Origin: Escherichia coli
GTDB taxonomy: Bacteria > Pseudomonadota > Gammaproteobacteria > Enterobacterales > Enterobacteriaceae
Reading direction: 5' to 3' (one strand)
Assembly: GCF_003334785.1 (NCBI RefSeq)
Contig: NZ_QOWV01000025.1
DNA length: 41,323 nt
Below the pieces are notes generated by a model, which was not told where the DNA came from, did no database searches, and worked only from the letters and a program-made list of their open reading frames with translations. The stretch's first letter is position 1. Each line of letters starts with the position of its first letter. Shown here one piece after another: positions 10,224-34,014 of this stretch. The translations under genes and the position numbers were made by a program.

Positions 10224-10592
10224 CTAGTTATCGTTGATTTTGTCCAACAACTTGTCAGCATAATCGCCGCGTAAAAAATCGGTACTCAATCCAGCTTGTC
10301 GCAGCTTCAATTCCAGTAATGACAATCGACGGCTAACCTCTTGATATTGCGGATCATCGTGACGGATACCTTTGAGAATATCCAGAAGCTGAATTGCTTC
10401 TCTCCGTTGCTCAAGTTCTGGCGGTAAGCAACCGGCATTCTTCAGCAAGCGATACCCCGCACGTAATTCCGGTGGCACGTGAGAATCATCATCCAGTATC
10501 AATGGTTCGCCGCTACCTGCCAGGTTATCAAACTCACCTTTCGCTTGCGCTTCTGCTATATGGCGCTCTGCCCACTGGTCAAGTAACCACAT
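10224..10592 (-). CDS. yhdN: DUF1992-family protein YhdN, 122 aa
   Basis: MWLLDQWAERHIAEAQAKGEFDNLAGSGEPL... Confidence 0.85.
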   Translation of the reverse strand: MWLLDQWAERHIAEAQAKGEFDNLAGSGEPLILDDDSHVPPELRAGYRLLKNAGCLPPELEQRREAIQLLDILKGIRHDDPQYQEVSRRLSLLELKLRQAGLSTDFLRGDYADKLLDKINDN

Positions 10593-10656
10593 AAATACTC
10601 CAGGGGATGAACAAAAAGAGTACAGCTATTGTAGATAAGTGGGGATACTACGGGTA

Positions 10657-10685
10657 TAAAAAAACCCGCCGGGGCGGGTTTTTTT
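10657..10685 (-). terminator. Rho-independent terminator ending the alpha operon (after rplQ)
   Basis: A-run, CCCGCC/GGCGGG GC-rich stem, then T7 run; symmetric flanks suggest it could act in both directions. Confidence 0.8.
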
Positions 10686-10698
10686 ACGTTGCTTCAGA

Positions 10699-11106
<408 letters not shown>

Positions 11107-11122
11107 TTAACCTGTGATCCGG

Positions 11123-12112
11123 TTACTCGTCAGCGATGCTTGCCGGTGGCCAGTTTTCCAGGCGCATGCCCAGAGACAGTCCACGGGAAGCCAGCACGTC
11201 TTTAATCTCAGTAAGAGATTTTTTACCAAGGTTAGGCGTTTTAAGGAGCTCAACCTCGGTACGCTGTACCAGATCACCGATATAGTGGATAGCTTCTGCT
11301 TTAAGGCAGTTAGCAGAGCGGACAGTCAATTCCAGATCGTCAACAGGGCGCAGCAGGATCGGATCGAACTCTGGTTTCTCTTCTTTCACTTCAGGCTGAC
11401 GTACATCACGTAAGTCAACGAAAGCTTCCAGTTGTTCAGCCAGAATGGTTGCCGCACGACGAATCGCCTCTTCAGGATCGATTGTGCCGTTGGTTTCCAT
11501 TTCGATGACCAGCTTGTCCAGGTCGGTACGCTGTTCTACACGCGCTGCTTCAACATTGTAGGCAATACGCTCCACAGGGCTGTAGCATGCGTCGACCAGC
11601 AGACGGCCGATTGGGCGCTCATCTTCTTCCGAATGAATTCGGGTAGAAGCCGGCACATAACCACGACCGCGCTGAACTTTGATACGCATGCTAATAGACG
11701 CGTTCTCATCGGTCAGGTGGCAGATCACGTGCTGCGGCTTGACGATTTCGACATCACCGTCGTGGGTGATATCGGCTGCAGTCACAGGGCCAATGCCAGA
11801 TTTATTCAAGGTAAGAATAACTTCATCTTTGCCCTGAACTCTCACCGCCAGCCCTTTCAGGTTGAGCAGGATTTCCAGGATATCTTCCTGAACGCCTTCT
11901 TTGGTGCTGTACTCATGTAGTACACCATCAATCTCAACCTCGGTCACCGCGCAACCCGGCATCGATGAGAGCAGAATACGGCGCAGTGCGTTACCCAGAG
12001 TATGGCCAAAGCCACGCTCTAAAGGCTCAAGGGTCACCTTGGCGTGCGTCGAACTCACTTGCTCGATATCAACCAGGCGCGGTTTTAGAAACTCTGTCAC
12101 AGAACCCTGCAT
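11123..12112 (-). CDS. rpoA: RNA polymerase alpha subunit, 329 aa
   Basis: [45 protein letters not shown]... Confidence 0.98.
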
Positions 12113-12137
12113 TGTGTCCTCTCTTTGGTACTAAGCT

Positions 12138-13184
<1,047 letters not shown>

Positions 13185-13197
13185 TCAATCACCCCGA

Positions 13198-13563
<366 letters not shown>

Positions 13564-13653
13564 CTACTATTTAATATGTACGTTCCATGCTGAAAAGCCC
13601 GTTTTCAGGATACTCAAATGGAAACGCACAGACATACAAAAGATTGGCTGGCT

Positions 13654-13682
13654 AATCTAGCCAGCTCAACCCAACTTTGCAA
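13654..13682 (-). promoter_or_regulatory. Candidate alpha-operon promoter (P-alpha) between rpmJ and rpsM
   Basis: Minus strand TTGCAA (13677-13682), 16/17-bp spacer, TAGATT (13655-13660); predicted start near 13647 gives a leader of about 93 nt, the region expected to carry the S4 autoregulatory target. Confidence 0.55.
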
Positions 13683-13700
13683 GAAAAATATGCGAAAAAA

Positions 13701-15180
<1,480 letters not shown>

Positions 15181-15187
15181 CTGCTAC

Positions 15188-16321
<1,134 letters not shown>

Positions 16322-16326
16322 CTACC

Positions 16327-17634
<1,308 letters not shown>

Positions 17635-17661
17635 TTACTCCCGTGATTCAATTGGTGACAA

Positions 17662-17970
<309 letters not shown>

Positions 17971-17981
17971 GTAACCCTACC

Positions 17982-19244
<1,263 letters not shown>

Positions 19245-19304
19245 CTAATGTCAACTACTACTGAGACCCGAAAATCAGGTCGTTAAAAATCCCCATATCG
19301 AGGG

Positions 19305-19330
19305 CGCGGCATTATAACACCGCTTCAAGG
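19305..19330 (-). promoter_or_regulatory. spc operon promoter region (-10 TATAAT with GC-rich discriminator)
   Basis: Minus strand TATAAT (19311-19316) followed by GCCGCGCCC, about 80 nt upstream of rplN; I could not place a convincing -35 hexamer. Confidence 0.55.
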
Positions 19331-19337
19331 ATATGGG

Positions 19338-19371
19338 TAGAAAAAATAAACGGCTCATTTCTGAGCCGTTT
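19338..19371 (-). terminator. Rho-independent terminator ending the S10 operon (after rpsQ)
   Basis: Perfect 10-bp stem AAACGGCTCA (19348-19357) / TGAGCCGTTT (19362-19371), loop TTTC, followed on the minus strand by a U6 run. Confidence 0.85.
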
Positions 19372-19396
19372 ATTCGTATTGAGAGAGTGTACTGTA

Positions 19397-21325
<1,929 letters not shown>

Positions 21326-21330
21326 CTACC

Positions 21331-21612
<282 letters not shown>

Positions 21613-21625
21613 TTATCCTCTAAAA

Positions 21626-24021
<2,396 letters not shown>

Positions 24022-24041
24022 TCAATCGCTCAATGACCTGA

Positions 24042-24523
<482 letters not shown>

Positions 24524-24530
24524 CCCGCGC

Positions 24531-24558
24531 ATTATACATACTTAACCACCGAACGCAA
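24531..24558 (-). promoter_or_regulatory. S10 operon promoter
   Basis: Minus strand TTGCGT (24553-24558), 16-bp spacer, TATAAT (24531-24536), followed by GC-rich GCGCGGGC discriminator. Confidence 0.7.
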
Positions 24559-24590
24559 GCGTATTGCTAGTAAAGTAAACAGCCTTCGGG

Positions 24591-25010
24591 TTATCTCTCA
24601 AGTTCGTTCAGTGCATTTTTGACACGCTCTCTTAAACCGGCTTTCTCTTCGCTTTCTTCCACAGTATTTTCTTCGTCTTCAGAAGAAGAGGGGGCATTCT
24701 CAACCGCGACGCCTGGGTCATCTTCCTCCTCGACGGATTCGACGACGGGGAGTGGCTGTTTTTTGAAGAAATAGTGTTGTGTTGATTGTTTAAAAGCGGG
24801 CGTTTCAGCCTCTACAGTGACTTCGGCTTTTACTATCCAAAGCACCCATAGCTGCCTGGCATACCCACCAACCAGCACCATTCCTGCAAACCACAGGCAA
24901 ATCAGTAATAAACAAATTACATATATTATGGTGCTGTGTTTTTGTCGGGAGAAGATACCAGGGTGACCTGTTTCTTTCTGCTCACGCGCGGCGATATAGA
25001 ATTCAAACAT
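24591..25010 (-). CDS. gspB: Type II secretion accessory protein GspB, 139 aa
   Basis: One predicted TM segment (IIYVICLLLICLWFAGMVLVGGY) and acidic Glu/Asp-rich C-terminal region; immediately downstream of gspA. Confidence 0.8.
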   Translation of the reverse strand: MFEFYIAAREQKETGHPGIFSRQKHSTIIYVICLLLICLWFAGMVLVGGYARQLWVLWIVKAEVTVEAETPAFKQSTQHYFFKKQPLPVVESVEEEDDPGVAVENAPSSSEDEENTVEESEEKAGLRERVKNALNELER

Positions 25011-25011
25011 G

Positions 25012-26481
25012 TCATTTCCCCTTCACTGTTGTTTCCGGGGAAATATTTGCTTCATCCCGATATAAGTAGGCACTCTCCCCTGCCACCTGCCAGAGATGTA
25101 CTAACGTTGAAAAGCCAACAACACCGTCAGTTTTCAAGTGGTGGCTTTTTTGAAATTGCTTTATTTTTTCTACCAACAAGGGACGCCACTCCGCCGAAGG
25201 TTCTGTCGAAATATGCAATGCGCGGTTTAACATCGTTTCCAGCCAGAGAATCTCTTCCTCGCTGCTATCACGCGTAATGGTACTCTCCCCTTCCGGCGAC
25301 ATTTTCCACAACAGAAGATAATCACCCGTCCATACCGACTCAAACCATTTATGTGTCAGCGTCCACGTTTGCTGACCTACGAGGACATCAACGCTAGCCT
25401 CACCGACGCGAACGACCACAACAGGCAATTTTTTGTCCCCGACTTTAAGCGATGCGATCCAGGGCAAATTCTGATCTACCAATGTTTGTAAAGAAGCATT
25501 CCCACTTTTACATGCCAGCCCCGCTCTTACTGCCTGATCGCACCAGGCCGAATCAGCTGGGACCTCGTACCCCCATACGCCGTATAACACGCTTAGCGCC
25601 TCACTATCGCGCATCACCACATGAGCAATATCCTTAGTCATATCTTGTTTAACTACTGGCGTTACGGGTATCAGCCACGCAGGAACGGGTAACGTAGCTG
25701 TAAAAGAGGACAGCAGTAGCCAACCACAGGTAAGAGCGATAATGGTTCCACTCATCACCACGGCAAGCTGCATTTTCCGGGGGCGGTTATCACCCAATAT
25801 GCGGTAAATCATTCGCCATTGTTTTGCTGTGAAAACGCTGGTCTGCTCGGCTTGCTGTAATAAGCGAATTGTTTCGCCGGCAAGCGCCAGCTTTCTGCGA
25901 TCGCCCCGACATAATAAAGCTATCCGTTTCAGAACTCTGGCGGTTAAAAGGAGATCGGGTTGGTCAATATTCTGACCTTCAAGGATGCTTGCCTTAAGTT
26001 CGTGCTCCGTCAGACGTCCTATCGAGACAAGTTCAATGCCCTGTTTTTTAAAATCACGTTCGACTTTTCGATCGGGTCTGCCGATCAGCAAAAATTGACC
26101 GTCAGGAATAAGAGATATTGCGCGTTGGAGATCATCAAGTATGCGGCGGTGATTCAGGTGAGCATTTTCAATAATAATAAGAGGGCAGCGACTATCAGTT
26201 CGATGAAGCGCATGCAGTAATTGCCCCGCCATCTCATCTCGCGTCCAGGCGCTGTCACGGCAGCCCTGTTCAGCCGCGTTATCGTCGGTAACGATCCATG
26301 CGGCCTTACCTTGCCAGGAAACAACGAGGCTTAAAGTAATCACACGGCGATGTTTATCTTTTTGCAGTTGCTGCGCCAGCCAGGTTTTTCCACTTCCAGC
26401 CTCACCCAACAAATAGCATAGACGCCAGGTTTGACGTTTCTCACACAACCAGGAAAGAATAACTTCTCTTCTCGTAGACAT
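25012..26481 (-). CDS. gspA: Type II secretion accessory protein GspA (P-loop ATPase-like), 489 aa
   Basis: Walker A motif GEAGSGKTWLAQ near the N-terminus, central TM segment; diverges from gspC. Confidence 0.85.
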   Translation of the reverse strand: MSTRREVILSWLCEKRQTWRLCYLLGEAGSGKTWLAQQLQKDKHRRVITLSLVVSWQGKAAWIVTDDNAAEQGCRDSAWTRDEMAGQLLHALHRTDSRCPLIIIENAHLNHRRILDDLQRAISLIPDGQFLLIGRPDRKVERDFKKQGIELVSIGRLTEHELKASILEGQNIDQPDLLLTARVLKRIALLCRGDRRKLALAGETIRLLQQAEQTSVFTAKQWRMIYRILGDNRPRKMQLAVVMSGTIIALTCGWLLLSSFTATLPVPAWLIPVTPVVKQDMTKDIAHVVMRDSEALSVLYGVWGYEVPADSAWCDQAVRAGLACKSGNASLQTLVDQNLPWIASLKVGDKKLPVVVVRVGEASVDVLVGQQTWTLTHKWFESVWTGDYLLLWKMSPEGESTITRDSSEEEILWLETMLNRALHISTEPSAEWRPLLVEKIKQFQKSHHLKTDGVVGFSTLVHLWQVAGESAYLYRDEANISPETTVKGK

Positions 26482-26660
26482 AGAACTTCCTGTTTTAATT
26501 ATTGATTATCCTTAATCATAAAAATAATGTATGTATTTATTAATTAAATACATATTACTAATATAAATAAATTTTGCTTGATTCATGCAAGCGGCATTAA
26601 TACTATTTATACTAACGTCAATATACAACCCACCCAATCTATTTTATTAGAACATACATC
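26482..26660. promoter_or_regulatory. Strongly AT-rich divergent control region between gspA and gspC
   Basis: 179 bp of very low GC content by eye (long runs of A/T, TATTTATTAATTAAATACATATTACTAATATAAATAAA); separates divergently oriented gspAB and gspC-O. Confidence 0.65.
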
Positions 26661-27476
26661 GTGCCCACACTACGTTTCCCCTTCCATCTGGCGAATCATA
26701 ATAAAGATGCTGCCATCAATATATTGATTATATTTATAAGCATAGGGTCGATTATTTTTAATGTGAATTATTTCCATACAACTATAGTTAAAAATGGACA
26801 GATCATTAATCAACCAACAAACGCATTTCAGTCTGATTTCAGCCTTGCCGCTTTATGGCGTAACGAAAATCATGCTGGGGTAAAAGATGCAAATCCCGTG
26901 GCAGTTAATCAGGAAACACCTAAGCTCTCTATAGCGCTTAATGGCATTGTACTCACATCGAATGATGAGACTTCTTTTGTCTTAATTAATGAGGGGAGCG
27001 AACAAAAGCGATACTCCCTCAACGAAGCCCTTGAGTCAGCGCCGGGAACGTTTATTAGAAAAATAAATAAAACCAGCGTTGTGTTTGAAACTCACGGGCA
27101 TTACGAAAAAGTAACTCTCCATCCAGGGCTACCTGACATCATCAAGCAGCCTGATTCAGAAAGTCAAAATGTACTCGCTGATTATATTATCGCCACGCCT
27201 ATACGTGATGGAGAACAGATATACGGGCTTCGATTGAACCCTCGTAAGGGCCTCAATGCATTTACCACCAGCTTGCTACAACCAGGGGATATCGCCCTCA
27301 GGATCAATAATCTTTCGCTGACCCACCCTGATGAGGTTTCACAGGCATTAAGTTTACTGCTAACTCAACAAAGTGCTCAGTTTACAATTCGTCGCAACGG
27401 CGTACCCCGCTTGATAAATGTTTCCGTCGGGGAACTTACAGGAATGAATGGACTGCGTCATGAAAGGACTCAATAA
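26661..27476 (+). CDS. gspC: Type II secretion system protein GspC, 271 aa
   Basis: N-terminal TM segment ([15 protein letters not shown]) and C-terminal PDZ-like region; first gene of gspC-O; GTG start. Confidence 0.85.
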
Positions 27477-29412
27477 AATCACCTGCTGCTTGCTGGCAGC
27501 ACTACTCATGCCTTGTGCAGGACACGCTGAGAACGAACAATACGGCGCGAACTTCAATAACGCCGATATCCGCCAGTTCGTGGAAATAGTGGGTCAGCAT
27601 CTTGGCAAAACGATCCTGATCGACCCTTCGGTACAGGGAACCATTTCCGTACGCAGTAATGATACGTTTAGCCAACAGGAGTACTACCAGTTCTTTTTAA
27701 GTATTCTTGATCTTTACGGTTATTCCGTGATCACGCTGGACAATGGTTTTCTGAAAGTGGTTCGCTCAGCTAATGTAAAAACATCGCCAGGGATGATTGC
27801 TGACAGTTCTCGTCCAGGCGTAGGTGATGAGTTGGTCACCCGAATTGTACCGCTTGAGAACGTTCCTGCTCGTGACCTGGCCCCCCTGCTCCGCCAGATG
27901 ATGGATGCGGGTAGCGTCGGTAATGTTGTGCATTATGAACCCTCCAACGTTCTTATTCTGACCGGTCGTGCCTCCACCATTAATAAACTGATTGAAGTCA
28001 TAAAGCGCGTTGATGTCATCGGCACAGAGAAGCAGCAAATTATTCATCTGGAATATGCGTCAGCGGAAGATCTCGCCGAGATTCTTAATCAATTAATCAG
28101 CGAAAGCCACGGTAAAAGCCAGATGCCAGCCCTCCTCTCCGCGAAGATTGTGGCGGATAAGCGAACCAACTCTCTTATCATCAGTGGACCGGAAAAAGCA
28201 CGCCAGCGCATCACTTCATTACTGAAAAGCCTTGATGTCGAAGAGAGCGAGGAAGGAAATACCCGGGTTTATTACCTGAAATATGCTAAAGCCACGAATC
28301 TGGTGGAAGTGCTAACCGGTGTTTCCGAAAAGCTGAAAGATGAAAAAGGGAATGCGCGTAAGCCCTCCTCTTCTGGCGCGATGGATAACGTCGCCATTAC
28401 CGCCGATGAACAGACTAACTCTCTGGTCATTACCGCTGACCAGTCCGTCCAGGAAAAACTCGCCACGGTAATTGCGCGTCTGGACATTCGCCGTGCACAG
28501 GTGCTGGTTGAGGCAATCATCGTTGAAGTTCAGGATGGAAATGGACTAAACCTCGGCGTGCAATGGGCGAATAAAAACGTTGGCGCACAGCAATTTACCA
28601 ATACCGGATTACCGATTTTTAACGCTGCGCAAGGTGTGGCTGATTATAAAAAGAATGGTGGGATCACCAGCGCGAATCCTGCCTGGGATATGTTTAGCGC
28701 CTACAATGGCATGGCCGCAGGCTTCTTCAATGGCGACTGGGGAGTACTGCTTACCGCGCTGGCCAGTAACAATAAAAATGACATCCTCGCCACCCCAAGC
28801 ATCGTAACGCTGGATAATAAACTCGCGTCCTTCAACGTGGGGCAGGATGTGCCGGTGCTATCCGGGTCACAGACCACTTCAGGGGATAACGTCTTTAATA
28901 CCGTCGAACGCAAAACGGTGGGGACAAAACTCAAAGTTACTCCGCAGGTCAATGAAGGCGACGCGGTGTTGCTCGAAATAGAGCAGGAAGTCTCCAGCGT
29001 TGACTCTTCCTCTAACTCGACGCTCGGCCCGACGTTTAATACCCGTACTATTCAAAACGCCGTGCTGGTCAAAACCGGTGAAACGGTGGTCCTGGGCGGA
29101 TTGCTGGATGATTTTTCTAAAGAGCAAGTGTCAAAGGTTCCTCTGCTTGGCGATATTCCTTTAGTGGGGCAACTCTTCCGCTATACCTCCACCGAGCGCG
29201 CTAAACGCAACCTGATGGTATTTATCCGTCCGACGATTATCCGTGACGATGATGTTTATCGCTCACTGTCAAAAGAGAAATACACCCGTTACCGTCAGGA
29301 GCAACAACAGCGGATCGACGGGAAATCAAAAGCGCTGGTTGGCTCGGAAGATTTGCCGGTGCTGGATGAAAACACGTTCAACAGTCACGCCCCTGCGCCA
29401 TCGTCACGGTGA
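27460..29412 (+). CDS. gspD: Type II secretion system secretin GspD, about 650 aa
   Basis: Signal peptide [24 protein letters not shown]-domains and C-terminal secretin core ([18 protein letters not shown]...MVFIRPTII); start taken at second ATG (27460), first ATG (27448) also possible. Confidence 0.9.
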
Positions 29413-29421
29413 GGCATTCAT

Positions 29422-30903
29422 ATGAGAATTCACTCACCGTACCCCGCCAGTTGGGCGCTGGCACAACGAATTGGTTATCTCTATTCAGAGGGCGAGATTA
29501 TTTATCTCGCCGATACGCCATTCGAGCGGTTACTCGATATTCAACGTCAGGTTGGCCAGTGCCAGACCATGACCAGCTTGTCACAGGCTGATTTTGAAGC
29601 TCGGCTGGAAGCGGTATTCCATCAGAATACCGGTGAGTCGCAACAGATTGCGCAGGATATCGATCAATCCGTCGATCTTCTCTCGCTTTCGGAAGAGATG
29701 CCCGCAAATGAAGATCTCCTGAATGAAGATTCAGCGGCACCGGTTATCCGCTTGATCAATGCGATTTTGAGTGAGGCCATCAAAGAAACCGCCTCTGATA
29801 TCCACATTGAAACCTATGAAAAAACAATGTCGATCCGTTTTCGCATCGACGGCGTTTTGCGGACAATTTTACAGCCAAACAAAAAACTGGCGGCACTGCT
29901 TATCTCCCGAATTAAGGTCATGGCTCGTCTTGATATCGCCGAAAAACGTATTCCACAGGATGGAAGAATTAGTTTGCGTATCGGGCGACGTAACATAGAT
30001 GTCCGCGTATCCACACTGCCGTCCATCTATGGTGAACGCGCCGTACTCCGCCTGCTGGATAAAAACAGCCTCCAGCTTTCATTGAACAACCTGGGGATGA
30101 CGGCAGCGGATAAGCAGGATTTAGAAAATCTCATTCAGCTTCCGCACGGTATTATCCTGGTGACAGGGCCGACAGGCTCCGGTAAAAGCACCACGCTCTA
30201 CGCCATCCTTTCGGCGCTGAATACTCCCGGCCGCAATATTCTGACGGTAGAAGATCCCGTGGAATATGAGCTGGAAGGCATTGGGCAAACGCAGGTGAAT
30301 ACCCGTGTGGATATGTCTTTCGCTCGCGGCCTGCGCGCCATACTTCGCCAGGACCCGGATGTCGTCATGGTGGGGGAAATTCGTGATACAGAAACCGCGC
30401 AGATTGCGGTTCAGGCCTCGCTCACCGGCCATCTGGTACTCTCAACACTCCACACTAACAGTGCATCAGGCGCAGTGACCCGGCTCCGCGACATGGGCGT
30501 CGAATCATTCCTGCTTTCGTCTTCCCTGGCAGGGATTATCGCGCAACGTCTGGTTCGTCGCCTGTGTCCGCAATGCCGACAATTCACGCCCGTATCACCC
30601 CAACAAGCGCAGATGTTTAAATATCATCAGCTCGCGGTGACAACAATTGGCACTCCCGTAGGCTGCCCTCATTGCCATCAATCCGGCTATCAGGGGCGCA
30701 TGGCGATCCACGAAATGATGGTGGTGACGCCGGAATTACGGGCCGCTATTCATGAAAATGTGGATGAACAAGCACTGGAGCGACTAGTCCGGCAACAACA
30801 CAAGGCCTTAATCAAAAATGGCCTGCAAAAAGTGATAAGCGGTGACACCTCCTGGGATGAGGTTATGCGCGTCGCCAGTGCCACGCTGGAGAGCGAAGCA
30901 TGA
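29422..30903 (+). CDS. gspE: Type II secretion ATPase GspE, 493 aa
   Basis: Walker [14 protein letters not shown], Asp/His boxes and C-terminal tetracysteine motif (CPQC...CPHC). Confidence 0.95.
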   Translation: MRIHSPYPASWALAQRIGYLYSEGEIIYLADTPFERLLDIQRQVGQCQTMTSLSQADFEARLEAVFHQNTGESQQIAQDIDQSVDLLSLSEEMPANEDLLNEDSAAPVIRLINAILSEAIKETASDIHIETYEKTMSIRFRIDGVLRTILQPNKKLAALLISRIKVMARLDIAEKRIPQDGRISLRIGRRNIDVRVSTLPSIYGERAVLRLLDKNSLQLSLNNLGMTAADKQDLENLIQLPHGIILVTGPTGSGKSTTLYAILSALNTPGRNILTVEDPVEYELEGIGQTQVNTRVDMSFARGLRAILRQDPDVVMVGEIRDTETAQIAVQASLTGHLVLSTLHTNSASGAVTRLRDMGVESFLLSSSLAGIIAQRLVRRLCPQCRQFTPVSPQQAQMFKYHQLAVTTIGTPVGCPHCHQSGYQGRMAIHEMMVVTPELRAAIHENVDEQALERLVRQQHKALIKNGLQKVISGDTSWDEVMRVASATLESEA

Positions 30904-32096
30904 ATTATCGCTATCGCGCCATGACCCAGGATGGTCAAAAATTGCAAGGGATCATTGATGCTAACGATGAACGTCAGGCACGACTGCGGCTGCGTGAAGA
31001 AGGGCTTTTCCTGCTGGATATTCGCCCCCAAAAAAGTTCGGGAGTAAAAACACGTCGCCCGAGGATCAGCCATAGTGAACTGACGCTTTTCACCCGGCAG
31101 TTGGCAACCTTAAGCGCAGCGGCATTACCCCTGGAAGAGAGCCTTGCCGTAATCGGTCAACAAAGCAGTAATAAACGACTGGGTGACGTGTTAAATCAGG
31201 TACGCAGCGCCATCCTTGAAGGGCATCCCCTTTCCGATGCATTACAGCATTTTCCCACGCTTTTCGATTCGCTCTATCGTACCCTGGTAAAAGCGGGCGA
31301 AAAGAGCGGGCTGCTGGCCCCGGTGTTGGAAAAGCTGGCTGATTACAATGAAAACCGGCAGAAAATCCGCAGCAAGCTCATTCAGTCACTGATCTACCCC
31401 TGTATGCTCACTACGGTGGCGATTGGGGTCGTGATTATTCTCCTCACTGCTGTCGTGCCCAAAATTACCGAACAGTTCGTGCATATGAAGCAGCAACTGC
31501 CGCTGAGTACACGCATTCTTTTAGGTCTGAGCGACACGTTGCAACGTACCGGCCCGACATTATTAGCGACAGTGTTTATTGTCGCTGTAGGTTTCTGGCT
31601 CTGGTTAAAACGCGGCAATAACCGCCACCGTTTTCATGCCATGTTGCTGCGCGTTGCGCTCATCGGCCCGCTGATTTGCGCCATTAACAGCGCACGCTAT
31701 CTCCGCACTTTAAGTATTTTGCAATCCAGCGGCGTCCCTCTGCTGGATGGGATGAATTTGTCCACCGAAAGCCTCAACAACCTCGAAATTCGCCAGCGTC
31801 TGGCAAATGCGGCAGAGAACGTTCGCCAGGGTAACAGCATTCATCTTTCGCTGGAACAAACCGCAATTTTCCCGCCGATGATGCTCTACATGGTGGCCTC
31901 TGGCGAAAAAAGCGGGCAGCTCGGCACATTAATGGTCAGAGCCGCAGATAACCAGGAGACACTCCAACAAAATCGGATCGCCTTAACGCTCTCCATCTTC
32001 GAGCCAGCACTCATTATTACGATGGCACTGATCGTCCTGTTTATTGTCGTGTCGGTACTCCAACCTCTTCTTCAACTTAACTCAATGATTAATTAA
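30900..32096 (+). CDS. gspF: Type II secretion inner-membrane platform protein GspF, 398 aa
   Basis: Two-repeat GspF/PilC architecture with three TM segments; start overlaps gspE stop by 4 nt. Confidence 0.93.
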
Positions 32097-32105
32097 GGAA
32101 AGCAT

Positions 32106-32543
32106 ATGCGCGCAACGGATAAGCAACGCGGTTTTACATTACTGGAAATTATGGTGGTGATCGTCATTATCGGCGTACTTGCCAGCCTGGTGGTTCCTAA
32201 CCTAATGGGCAATAAAGAAAAGGCGGATAAGCAAAAAGCCGTCAGCGATATTGTGGCGCTGGAAAACGCCCTTGATATGTACAAACTCGACAATCATCAC
32301 TATCCAACCACAAATCAGGGGCTTGAATCCTTAGTAGAAGCGCCGACACTGCCACCGCTGGCCGCAAACTATAACAAGGAAGGTTATATCAAGCGTCTGC
32401 CTGCCGATCCCTGGGGCAATGATTATGTCCTCGTTAATCCTGGTGAACATGGTGCATACGATCTGCTTTCAGCAGGGCCCGATGGTGAAATGGGAACCGA
32501 GGACGACATCACCAACTGGGGTTTGAGCAAGAAGAAAAAGTAA
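32106..32543 (+). CDS. gspG: Major pseudopilin GspG, 145 aa
   Basis: Prepilin leader and cleavage motif [20 protein letters not shown]. Confidence 0.95.
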   Translation: MRATDKQRGFTLLEIMVVIVIIGVLASLVVPNLMGNKEKADKQKAVSDIVALENALDMYKLDNHHYPTTNQGLESLVEAPTLPPLAANYNKEGYIKRLPADPWGNDYVLVNPGEHGAYDLLSAGPDGEMGTEDDITNWGLSKKKK

Positions 32544-32550
32544 GTCAGCG

Positions 32551-33060
32551 ATGAATCAGCAACGCGGGTTTACCCTGCTGGAGATGATGCTGGTGCTGGC
32601 GCTGGTCGCTATCACGGCAAGCGTGGTGCTCTTCACATATGGCCGGGAGGATGTCGCCAGCACTCGTGCGCGCGAAACAGCGGCGCGGTTTACCGCTGCA
32701 CTTGAATTAGCCATCGACCGCGCCACGCTCAGTGGTCAGCCTGTCGGTATCCATTTCTCTGATTCAGCATGGCGCATTATGGTACCGGGCAAAACACCAT
32801 CAGCCTGGCGCTGGGTTCCATTACAAGAAGATGCCGCAGACGAGAGCCAAAATGACTGGGATGAAGAACTCTCAATTCATCTTCAGCCATTTAAACCTGA
32901 TGACAGCAACCAGCCACAGGTTGTGATTCTGGCCGACGGACAAATCACGCCCTTCTCTTTGTTGATGGCTAACGCCGGGACCGGTGAGCCGCTCCTGACG
33001 TTAGTCTGTTCAGGCTCATGGCCCCTGGATCAAACGCTCGCCAGAGATACCCGCCCATGA
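32551..33060 (+). CDS. gspH: Minor pseudopilin GspH, 169 aa
   Basis: Prepilin motif [18 protein letters not shown]. Confidence 0.92.
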
Positions 33061-33434
33061 ACAAACAATCAGGGATGACACTGCTTGAAGTCTTACTGGC
33101 GATGAGTATTTTCACCGCTGTTGCTCTGACTTTAATGAGCAGTATGCAAGGGCAACGAAATGCCATCGAGCGAATGCGTAACGAGACGCTGGCATTGTGG
33201 ATAGCGGATAACCAGCTTCAGTCACAAGATTCATTCGGCGAGGAAAACACGTCCAGTTCTGGCAAAGAGTTAATAAATGGCGAAGAGTGGAACTGGCGCA
33301 GCGATATCCACTCAAGCAAAGACGGCACGCTTCTGGAACGCACCATAACGGTGACATTACCCAGCGGTCAGACAACCTCGCTTACGCGTTATCAAAGCAT
33401 CGATAATAAATCCGGGCAGGCACAAGATGATTAA
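33057..33434 (+). CDS. gspI: Minor pseudopilin GspI, 125 aa
   Basis: Prepilin motif [16 protein letters not shown]; track ORF trimmed to ATG at 33057, which overlaps gspH stop (ATGA). Confidence 0.9.
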
Positions 33435-34014
33435 TCGCCAGCAGGGTTTCACATTGCTGGAGGTCATGGCGGCGCTGGCGATTTTCTCAATGCTTAGCGT
33501 GCTGGCGTTTATGATTTTTTCGCAAGCTTCCGAGTTGCATCAACGCTCACAGAAAGAAATCCAGCAGTTCAATCAGCTACAGCGCACCATCACCATTCTT
33601 GATAACGATCTCCTGCAACTGGTCGCCCGGAGGAATCGGAGTACGGACAAAATCATGGTGTTGGGTGAAGAAGCTATTTTTACCACGCAAAGTCGCGATC
33701 CGCTGGCTCCTCTCAGTGAAGCACAAACCTTACTCACTGTTCACTGGTATCTGCGAAATCATACGCTCTACCGTGCTGTTCGTACTTCTGTGGATGGCAG
33801 GAAGGATCAACCCGCCCAGGCGATGCTGGAACATGTCGAGAGCTTTCTTCTGGAAAGTAACAGCGGGGAAAGCCAGGAACTTCCTCTCTCAGTCACGTTA
33901 CATCTGCAGACTCAGCAATATGGGGGGTTACAGCGCCGTTTTGCATTACCTGAGCAGTTAGCGAGAGAAGAGTCGCCAGCTCAGACGCAGGCCGGGAATA
34001 ATAACCATGAATAA
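33427..34014 (+). CDS. gspJ: Minor pseudopilin GspJ, 195 aa
   Basis: Prepilin motif [16 protein letters not shown]. Confidence 0.92.

Noticed and set aside
27360-27557. 65-aa minus-strand ORF spanning the gspC/gspD junction
   Set aside because: Antisense to two overlapping, well-supported T2SS genes; no independent support.
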